From NCBI GenBank assembly GCA_018985225.1, contig JADGIF010000504.1, positions 1 to 7,505 on the forward strand: a stretch of DNA of 7,505 nucleotides, in the 5' to 3' direction. Shown here piece after piece: positions 1 to 7,283 of this stretch; position 1 is the stretch's first letter, and every line of letters begins with the position of its first letter. This DNA is from Amoeboradix gromovi X-113 (lineage: Eukaryota; Fungi; Sanchytriomycota). The position numbers and the translations under genes are program-made. Below the pieces are notes generated by a model. That model saw only the letters and a program-made list of their open reading frames with translations. It searched no databases and was not told where the DNA came from.

Positions 1-129
1 AAAGAGATGCAGGGTCTTTTAGTTTTATTTTAAAAATAGGAATACAATCAATGAAAGAAAACTGGTATAATAGAAGAAGATCTTTTATTAACGATAGCAT
101 TTCCTCCGTATGGTGCACCTTTAAAAACG

Positions 130-165
130 AGTTAGTCTAGTTTTTATATTTGGTGTCCCAGATGC
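130..165. repeat. Left copy of a 36-bp inverted repeat (TIR-like), partner at 7284..7319
   Basis: 130..165 reads AGTTAGTCTAGTTTTTATATTTGGTGTCCCAGATGC. The reverse complement of 7284..7319 reads AGTTAGTCTAGTTTTTATATTTGATGTCCCGTATGC. They are 33/36 identical and the first 23 nt are perfect. The repeat is seen directly; TIR identity is inference. Confidence 0.9.
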
Positions 166-762
166 CAGGCTTCGAGTCAAATTGCCCTAGTACTCTGAGG
201 TGCGATTAGATAAGGACACAAATAAGACTACACAGTAGTGTATAACCCAAGACGGTTCCTTTGCATTATGAGGCAATAACATTGATAGCTATAAATGCTT
301 AACTCCTTATGCGTGTTGGTTTACGGATTTTTAAAACAGTTGAATAAAACACTAGACTGGGTTCCGCATTAGTCACGAGTTTTCTGAATGCAGTAAGCAT
401 CATTCTTGCTCTTGAGTTTTATCTTGGAGGTCTTCTCATCAGCACAACACTTTGCCGTTTACAATAGATGAAAAGAAAGATCAACATAACACCTTTAACG
501 CGCCATTGGTTTCTGACTAAGGGAATTACAAAAATCTTCGATTTCTACTTTTTTAATTACAATTGCTCGGACTCCGCCATTCTTATGCTACCAATCTGCA
601 CTAGTTAAACATGCAAGTTTATATTAATCCCACTAAATTAATCTGACTAGCGATAGTATGAGGAACCACTCATTTTTGTATAATTTCAACACTTTCACAG
701 ATTTTTCGAATAGTTTAAATACTCGATATTCTTCCTTTCACAAATGATAAATCAAATCTTAA

Positions 763-1113
763 GAAATAACTAGCTGGTACAGCATAAATTCATCAGCACT
801 GAGGAACTGGTCCAAACATGGAACAATTAGATGTCTTTCAATGCCTAGAAAGAGATCAACGATAAATAAACTTGTAAACCATTTATTTAATAATCCTAGT
901 GATTGGTATTACCGAATATGCGACAGTAGAGACCATATGGCAGCAAGGGATATATACATCAAGTATCTGCATCCTTATTCAATGCCACCTCAGGGTTGTG
1001 AAAGCGTGAGCAACCACTGTAACCGAGCATTGCTAGTTTCTCTGTGGAAACTCTCGATTTCTCTGAAATCAGGACTTTTAACGAGGAGGAGGCTTAATTT
1101 CTTTGACCCTTAA
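763..1113 (+). pseudogene. Probable degenerate IS630/Tc1-mariner transposase fragment (N-terminal DNA-binding region up to the first catalytic Asp)
   Basis: The frame is open from 763, upstream of the listed ATG at 841. In order it gives EITSWYSINSSALRNWSKHG (HTH-like, cf. EIAxxxxISxSTxxRW), PRKR (GRPR-like linker), LFNNPSDWY (cf. LxxNPDxY) and, about 70 aa later, LNFFD (cf. LxFxDE), then a stop. No downstream DN/DD or PPYSP block was found. Motif matching was by eye only. Confidence 0.35.
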
Positions 1114-1467
1114 AACTAGATGGACTTTGTGGCTAAAAGTGTATATTTGCAAATGTGTATTTTGCTCTCCACAAAGAGAAATGTATCTTCAGACACAATT
1201 GGTACTCAAACTATTGAAATTGGATCCAAAATCGCATCATTAAAGAAAAAAGAGAAATTAAAAATTAAAAGTAAGAAGCTTGGTAGAAAAAGGCAAAAGC
1301 CACTAGTGTTTGAATAAATAAATATCCTACCTCAGAAAAAAGTCTGCTCGCACAATCTATTTTGTCTTCTAGCGACTCTCAAATCCGAGAAAATGGGCAA
1401 ACATCATTGATTGGCACCCTAGGAATTTCTGATACTAAAATTCTACTCTCTCAATTTAACCACCCAC

Positions 1468-2319
1468 ATGTATGGATTTTTCACCAATTTTGCTGAAACT
1501 CATTACAAAAAGGCGGTGCCAGACACAAAACCAATTTCTTCCATTCAAAAAAACACGTTGTCAACTAATAAGCTTGATATAGATTGCTCCGACTCTGGAT
1601 CTAATAGTAAGAACAGAGGTGTTTCTTTAATTAAATACTCTAAAAGATCTCCAGATGATTCGAATTTCGCTTTCGAAAACCAAAAGAAAACTAAACACAG
1701 GAATGATCTGGAGATGGATATTAGGAGATCAAAGATACCTAGCGTTGAAGAAAATAACACATCAGATATTAATAGGTTACTCCAGATTACACTGGATTTT
1801 TCAGAGAGATTTGGTAACGGATTTGATCAAAATTACATAAGTGGTAAAGTATACATTGATAGAGATCACGAAAAAGTTAAAATGTGGAAACTGCAAATAT
1901 CTCGCTTAAAGCAAAAACTAACTAGTTTAAAGAGCAAAAAAGTCAGGAATGATGCCGACATTTTAAAATTGACTAACAAGTTGTCAATGCTAGAACGTCA
2001 AGCCTTCAGTCATCATCTTGGCGTACTATATTCAGCTTATCGCAGCAACTGTAGTGGCAACCCTGACTTGTCGCCAAGTAATCACCTGCAGAATATTCCA
2101 GATGGTCGTGATTCTAATGATTCGTACTATAAAGATCAAGTTTACACTATGAATGCCAAGGTTAATTCTGCATTTTCTAAAGTCAACTCCTTGGAAGATC
2201 AATTGCTCTCGCAAACTATGATATTGAAGAAGCTGTACTCAAACCTTCCTAGTGAACACAAAAATGGGTCTTTCACAGTTCGCTCTTTCGAAGCAGCTAT
2301 AAACTCGATTATTAAGTAA
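1468..2319 (+). CDS. Hypothetical protein, 283 aa, with an S/N/K-rich N-terminus and predicted coiled-coil segments
   Basis: An uninterrupted 852-nt ATG..TAA ORF in AT-rich DNA. Heptad-like stretches: WKLQISRLKQKLTSLKSKK..ILKLTNKLSMLERQ and MNAKVNSAFSKVNSLEDQLLSQ. AATTTA lies at -15, as in neighbouring genes. No recognisable family. Confidence 0.75.
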   Translation: MYGFFTNFAETHYKKAVPDTKPISSIQKNTLSTNKLDIDCSDSGSNSKNRGVSLIKYSKRSPDDSNFAFENQKKTKHRNDLEMDIRRSKIPSVEENNTSDINRLLQITLDFSERFGNGFDQNYISGKVYIDRDHEKVKMWKLQISRLKQKLTSLKSKKVRNDADILKLTNKLSMLERQAFSHHLGVLYSAYRSNCSGNPDLSPSNHLQNIPDGRDSNDSYYKDQVYTMNAKVNSAFSKVNSLEDQLLSQTMILKKLYSNLPSEHKNGSFTVRSFEAAINSIIK

Positions 2320-2982
2320 TCCATGTAATGTCCCCTTGGACAATACAGAGTAGTTTTCCGATCATTACTGACAGTTCAAATGTCTCTCTTTAAATCTTAG
2401 CTGTCCAAGCCAACATATGTAGTGATTTGTCTGCGCGACATATGCTACTAATCCGTCTGATCCTCTATGGAGGTTCCTCTCTTTCATAGTGGATCTTCGG
2501 TCTTCATGCTACCAAACTCTCTTATCTTTCTACGTTTGTGCTGATGAGCATCAAATGTTGTACTGGTTCTCAAATATGAGATGCTTTTATTCTCGTGTGC
2601 CTATTGTCTTTCAATATGTGGTGCGTGCCACCACTTGAAGCTCTTGGAGATTAACCACATCCTCTTGAGCTTTTACATTAAAAATTAACTGTTTTAGAAA
2701 GCCCAGAGTTCTTAGTTAAGATATAAGTACTAAAATTACAAGGTTCTATTCGATCTCGTTTACATCTGACATTCAGATCGCGGTACAGATTTAACTGAAT
2801 AATTTGTATCAAAACCATCTCATCTAGCAGATGAAGTCAAATCTTAGGATATTACCAAGTGATAAAGAGAGCAAACTTTAACGGCTTAACTAGCTTGTCA
2901 CGTTTCGCTTTGGGCATCTAGATTTTTAAACCAGGACTTTTAATTACCAGCAACCTTTAATAAACATAATTTACTAAATCTA

Positions 2983-4206
2983 TTATTTTATTTCCATGGG
3001 ATAGCTCATTACTGATCTACCTGCAGTTACATTGACCGGATATCCCAGTTTTATGTACAGTTCATTCCACATCTGAATATCTGATTGCCCAGGATCCAGG
3101 ATACCCCTGTTGGTGATTTCTTGCTGCTTATCTTTATAAAAGTATAAAATGTCATCGTACATGCTGCTTGCATCTGGCTTTCTATCACTCTGCTTGTTAG
3201 CCAAGCATTCCTTATAACCCTTGTGGAAGACTCTAATAATATGCATTAAACAATCACTATCAAAAGTAAATGCAGTGGGATACTTATTTTTTAATAAATA
3301 CACGCACCAGATGAATTGAATCAATATCGGGGATCGTTGTCTGAACATATCGAGCTGAGGAATATTGGCAATTTGCTGTTTAAATTTATTAGGGTTCTCT
3401 GATAACTCTGTATATCCCAATCTATCTTTAAACTTGTGAGAATAGTAACCAAATTCTATTTCGATCAGTTTTAGAAATCCTGTCAAATCGCGATAATAAC
3501 TATCGAGGCAGAGCATAGAGAGCGCAGTGAGCTGCGGCGTGCGATCCCACCCATCGCTGCAATGAATAAGGCAAGGTATTTCTTGAGTATTAAGTGCATA
3601 TACGATCAGGGCAGAACCACGAAGTATTTTGCTCAAGTGGTGGAACCAGGGCATGTCCAAGTTTATGGAAGACAGGTTTGATATGATCTCAGAATAGGAG
3701 TCTCTCATTTTATGAATGTTGTCGATACCTAGGCATATGCGGGTACATCCTTTGTAATGATTTGATTCTGAACCAAGGCCTTTAATTTGATTGACTTGGA
3801 CATTAACTTTTGGTCGAGCATCTATTATATAGTTGCTATCCTTGTAAAGAATAAGGTTGATTAGGTGCTCATCCTGAACATTACGCTGATTAGTTAAACC
3901 CGTACGAGGTTGGGCAGATCTGGCTAGCGGTACGTTATTGTGAATGTAATTAATGCAAGGAATACGTTTATTGCTACGGAATGGGAGTATACATTTAACA
4001 GTATGTTCGGAGATTATGGGAAGAATCAAAAGAGGCGGATAAGTGGGGATGTCATTATTAGGAAAAATCATATATTGTGAGCTGTTTGATATGATGCGCT
4101 CATATTCATGCTGTAAGTCTAGGCTAAAATCTGCAGGATATTCGTGCTGGATAGGCAGAGGTTCAGATATTTGAGCAGTAGTATCTGGAAGCCACAAAAT
4201 ATCCAT
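2983..4206 (-). CDS. Myotubularin-family phosphatidylinositol-3-phosphate/PI(3,5)P2 3-phosphatase (Ymr1/MTM1-like), active-site intact
   Basis: The signature HCSDGWDRT is at 3538..3564. Other family motifs occur in the expected order: PTYP, FRSNKRIP, RSAQP, IIDARP, LGIDNIHKMRDS, SHKFKDRLG, RSPILIQF. Confidence 0.96.
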   Translation of the reverse strand: MDILWLPDTTAQISEPLPIQHEYPADFSLDLQHEYERIISNSSQYMIFPNNDIPTYPPLLILPIISEHTVKCILPFRSNKRIPCINYIHNNVPLARSAQPRTGLTNQRNVQDEHLINLILYKDSNYIIDARPKVNVQVNQIKGLGSESNHYKGCTRICLGIDNIHKMRDSYSEIISNLSSINLDMPWFHHLSKILRGSALIVYALNTQEIPCLIHCSDGWDRTPQLTALSMLCLDSYYRDLTGFLKLIEIEFGYYSHKFKDRLGYTELSENPNKFKQQIANIPQLDMFRQRSPILIQFIWCVYLLKNKYPTAFTFDSDCLMHIIRVFHKGYKECLANKQSDRKPDASSMYDDILYFYKDKQQEITNRGILDPGQSDIQMWNELYIKLGYPVNVTAGRSVMSYPMEIK

Positions 4207-5073
4207 AAGTAATCAAGAACTATTTGTTTGAAGTCTCCATACTCCAATTTTGATTTTGAAAATAAACGAGATATCAGTGACAGTAACTAGAGCAAGTGTT
4301 TAAAATCAATCTCTTAAGATAACAGCAATAATTTATTTAGTATTATTGATTACATTAGTAGAACGCTACTCAGTTATATAATCAATTCACACTTGCAGAC
4401 TATACTAAAAATGACAGCTTGGCTATATCTGTACAAAGCTTGAAGCAGAACTAACAAATATTTTAATTGCCATATTTTTAGCATTGCACTAAATGAAACT
4501 CATATTTGGACACACTGCTCTTGAAATCCTTCAATGGTGTTTAAGCTATCACTGCCCAATTCCGAAAAGATGATGTGACAAGCCAGACCCTCACGTTGTT
4601 GAGTGTGCGCTAGTAATGACAAAAGATCTAGCTGGCAGAGAAGAAAGCAGAAAAAACTACTACGCGTAGTTTCTAGGTGAAGATGTATAGGTGGCCTGTA
4701 AAACTTGGTTGCTCTGAGTTTAATAGCGACCCCAATGGTCCAAAGAATGGAAAGACTGGCAGAATGCAAGGAAGCATCTGCTATTCAAACTTATAAAAGG
4801 TGTAGAACTCTGAGAAAACTCAATTTAGAGACATTTGCAAGCAGATAGAGACCATATACTTGAATGCATGTATCTTTTTCAATACCGCCATACGCTACTG
4901 GATGGGTAAGCAACCAACGTAACTGATCGGCTCATCGTTCTCGCGCGAGAAAGAAACATCAATGGGGATTGCATGAAATACATAACTACATGAAGAGTAG
5001 TTTACTTTCCGAAGCATTGACAATAAAAATCAAATAGTTAAAATAATGTTTTGCTTTTTCTCTACTTGCTGCA

Positions 5074-5325
5074 TCATAAGCTTCCTTTTCCCCAAGAATG
5101 AATGGAAGCCAATTGATGGTGGTTTAAACAGTACTTCGAATCTTTCATGATAAGCCGTGGTCCTAGCGTGAAATCAATTCTGGGTCTTGCTATTTTTTTC
5201 TCATCGTCATGGATATCCGCAATAGCTAAATCACTGGAAATCTGAAATTTATGATTTTCATAAACATCTGGGAAGTTGTTCACATTATGATGCCTGTGAT
5301 TAATTATCACAGATTTCCAATCCGC
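5074..5325 (-). pseudogene. Possible decayed gene fragment with a PD-(D/E)xK nuclease-like pattern
   Basis: The frame has no ATG at its start (the track uses GTG) and is preceded by stops. It contains RPRIDFTLGPRLIMKDSKYCLNHHQLASI, loosely like the D...(D/E)xK...QL core of restriction-endonuclease-like folds. Weak, by eye. Confidence 0.15.
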
Positions 5326-5443
5326 AGATACTCATCATTCTTGGAAACATCACAGACCTCATGCTAAATAGAAATGACCTGATTTAAGCAATTCTTTTCT
5401 TATGTGTTTTGTCGTATTCTCGCAGGAGATACATTCCACTTGG

Positions 5444-5488
5444 TTTCCAACAGAAAGCAGCATTTTTTCCAACAGAAAGCAAGCATTT
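5444..5488 (+). repeat. Tandem duplication, 22/23-bp unit x2
   Basis: TTTCCAACAGAAAGCAGCATTT (5444..5465) is followed by TTTCCAACAGAAAGCAAGCATTT (5466..5488); they differ by one 1-nt indel. Confidence 0.9.
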
Positions 5489-5761
5489 GGTTTGACACTT
5501 CTCAACGATCGGCATAATCTGATAATTAGCTACAGACTTTGTTTGCTTTTGCCATGAAACCACCTATTGCTTGTGCTACGACTCTTAAGTTCAACATTTT
5601 CGTTTAAGACACTAATTGCTGTCCAATAAATTTGAGAAGAGAGAGAAAAGGCTGATTAGTAAGTAATGGAATAGAGACGGGTTTTGAGGAACCGACTAGT
5701 GCTTAGATGATAGAATATGGTACTTTGTCTTACTAGACGAGATCCACTAGTTTGAGACACT

Positions 5762-5769
5762 TATAAAAA
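5762..5769 (+). promoter_or_regulatory. Candidate TATA box upstream of NAC-alpha
   Basis: TATAAAAA starts 82 nt before the ATG at 5844. The AT-rich background limits its significance. Confidence 0.3.
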
Positions 5770-5843
5770 GCTTGCCTAGTTTTGCCGGATTTTTTCCCAA
5801 ATGCTTAGGATTTATTTTTCACATAGGAGTTTATCCGACACAA

Positions 5844-6323
5844 ATGGCTCCGCAGCAACAAGGTACTAAAGGTGAAAGAAAGGCTTTCAAGTTGTTTGAA
5901 AAAGTTGGCTTAAAAGCAGCTCCTAGCATTACTAAAGTAACTATAAAGCGTCCTAAAAATGTATTGATTACTATTCAGCATCCTCAAGTGTGGGTGACTA
6001 CTGATGGTAAGACTTACATTGTTATCGGTGAGCCTAAATTTGAGGACTTGACTCAAAGTGCTAAGCAGCAGATGGCTCAGTTATTGCAGCAGCAGCAATT
6101 GTTAGCTCAGCAACAATCGCATGCTCATTCTCACGAGGGACATGATCACGATCATTCAGAGCACGTTGAAGAGGAGGAGGAGGAAGAAGATGCAACTGGT
6201 TTAGACAGTAAAGACATTGAGCTAGTTCAAAGTCAAGCTCATGTGTCTCGTAACAAAGCTATCAGAGCTCTAAAGGATAATGAGAATGATGTGGTGAATG
6301 CTATCATGGAATTAACAATGTAA
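5844..6323 (+). CDS. EGD2: Nascent polypeptide-associated complex subunit alpha (NACA/Egd2), 159 aa
   Basis: NAC domain: KGERKAFKLFEKVGLK..ITKVTIKRPKNVLITIQHPQV..TYIVIGEPKFEDL. C-terminal UBA-like domain: DIELVQSQAHVSRNKAIRALKDNENDVVNAIMELTM. The first in-frame ATG is 5844; the track start at 5772 is a TTG. Confidence 0.97.
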   Translation: MAPQQQGTKGERKAFKLFEKVGLKAAPSITKVTIKRPKNVLITIQHPQVWVTTDGKTYIVIGEPKFEDLTQSAKQQMAQLLQQQQLLAQQQSHAHSHEGHDHDHSEHVEEEEEEEDATGLDSKDIELVQSQAHVSRNKAIRALKDNENDVVNAIMELTM

Positions 6324-6324
6324 C

Positions 6325-6330
6325 AATAAA
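6325..6330 (+). terminator. Polyadenylation signal AATAAA for NAC-alpha
   Basis: The sequence reads TAA C AATAAA, so the hexamer begins 1 nt after the stop codon. Confidence 0.55.
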
Positions 6331-6350
6331 TTGTTCCTTTAAATATTACA

Positions 6351-6356
6351 TTTATT
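6351..6356 (-). terminator. Polyadenylation signal AATAAA for the RING-H2 gene
   Basis: The minus strand reads TGA TT AATAAA, so the hexamer begins 2 nt after the stop codon. Confidence 0.55.
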
Positions 6357-6358
6357 AA

Positions 6359-7229
6359 TCACCTTTTCTTCGTGTTCACTTTCACAATCACTGTCTGACA
6401 TAATGGGCATATATTATTGACATTAAGCCAATTGTCTAGACAGACAACGTGAAACGGGTGTCCACATACGGGCAAATATAAACTATCGCCTTCTTCGAAC
6501 TCGTCCAAACAAATTGAGCATCCTGTATGATACTCAGAGTGGAAGTATAAATGGACTGCCTCATCCTCATTTTTAGTCCACTTTGCTCTTTGTATCTTCC
6601 GCCTTAGCTGGTGAGGTACAACAACTATCTTTTCATCAAATAACGTCATCATCCTACGCATAGTAAAAGGACAGCATAGCAAGGACCCACACAGAAATAC
6701 TGGAAACAATATCTTAATATATCCTAATGCTATCCAATGGACAGTATAATAATACATTTCATCCATATACTAAATTAATTAAAAATACAGGGTAGATTGT
6801 TAAAGTAAAATAATTGGCAATTATAAAGAGAAGAATTGTAAATATATCAACGCTTGATTTCCATTTTAGTAATGCAGCCTCAGAGTCTGGAGAGGCAGGA
6901 TTACTAGTGAGTGGTGTTGTAGATATGGTATTTTGAGTAACTGTATCTGGAATTTCATCCTCCTCATCGTCATCCTCCAGTATAGAAAGACTTTCCCTCT
7001 TTTTATAATATTCAACTGCGGTGATGGAGCCATCCAAAATGCACCTTAACCAAAATAAACCATTTAAAATCAAAAATTCTGTAGAGGGTCTACCGGATAT
7101 ATAGCTTATGACAGCAATTGCGATCCCAGACAATATCTCTGCAGTGTTGAACACGATGTTTATTATCATTAGAGTTGGAGTCATGATTGAGGGAGAGGGT
7201 TGGGGACTAAAACTTTTAATGGAACACAT
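6359..7229 (-). CDS. Multi-pass membrane RING-H2 E3 ubiquitin ligase, 283 aa; two exons (7229..6789 and 6769..6359)
   Basis: C-terminal C3H2C3 RING: CSICLDEFEEGDSLYLPVCGHPFHVVCLDNWLNVNNICPLC. There are four hydrophobic segments, with an acidic/ST-rich loop between the second and third. The pattern VDIFTILLFIIANY...YYYTVHWIALGYIKILFPVFLCGSLLCCP resembles 4-TM RING-H2 ligases of the plant RIE1/At1g12760 type and spans the junction. Removing 6770..6788 gives ...TIYP|YMDEMYYY... in frame. Confidence 0.9.
6770..6788 (-). other. 19-nt spliceosomal (GT-AG) intron, phase 0
   Basis: The minus strand reads GTATTTTTAATTAATTTAG. Its removal fuses the two overlapping ORFs (6759..7229 and 6359..6766) in frame. 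The next two downstream AGs are out of phase with this donor. Confidence 0.8.
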
Positions 7230-7283
7230 TGATTGGAGTAAATTCTAATTAAAAACATCAATTTATTAAGTTACAAATAATAA

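Noticed and set aside
3-902. + frame 3 has only TAA/TAG stops and no TGA until 900, which could suggest a TAR=Gln genetic code
   Set aside because: NAC-alpha ends at TAA exactly at its conserved C-terminus, and the recognised genes have no internal TAR. The read-through peptide resembles nothing and runs through the repeat. It is a post-hoc pattern.
1120-1317. 65-aa Lys-rich ORF
   Set aside because: It is short and driven by an A-rich tract, has no motif, and does not continue the transposase DDE core.
1545-2214. ORFs 1545..1760 (-), 1655..1840 (+) and 2032..2214 (-)
   Set aside because: They are shadow ORFs nested in the longer 1468..2319 CDS.
2678-2836. Minus-strand frame LHLLDEMVLIQIIQLNLYRDLNVRCKR, faintly F-box-like
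   Set aside because: It lacks the LP signature, is short, and has no substrate-binding domain downstream.
2852-2917. Minus-strand MPKAKRDKLV, resembling the Mrt4/MRTO4 N-terminus, with GGTTTA at -15
   Set aside because: The frame stops after 21 aa, and I found no further Mrt4 motifs downstream in the frames and short-intron splices I tried. It is chance or a tiny relic; a translated search would settle it.
4412-4993. + frame with protein-like patches (GHTALEILQW, ankyrin-like), and the antisense ORF 4500..4769
   Set aside because: The + frame has about ten stops in about 190 codons, close to random for this AT content, and the ankyrin motif is not repeated. The antisense ORF has no recognisable features.
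5294-5347. Small inverted repeats CTGTGAT/ATCACAG and TTTCCAA/TTGGAAA
   Set aside because: 7-bp stems are expected by chance, and no ncRNA family signature is present.
5444-5488. Repeat considered as a CRISPR-like array
   Set aside because: It has two abutting copies with no spacer in a eukaryotic context, so it is a simple slippage duplication.
5772-5843. 24-aa N-terminal extension of NAC-alpha in the ORF track
   Set aside because: It starts at TTG and shows no NAC similarity; the ATG at 5844 has the shared upstream motif.
6359-7229. Two separate overlapping genes, as the ORF track suggests
   Set aside because: The membrane-domain pattern spans both ORFs, and a GT-AG intron joins them in frame.
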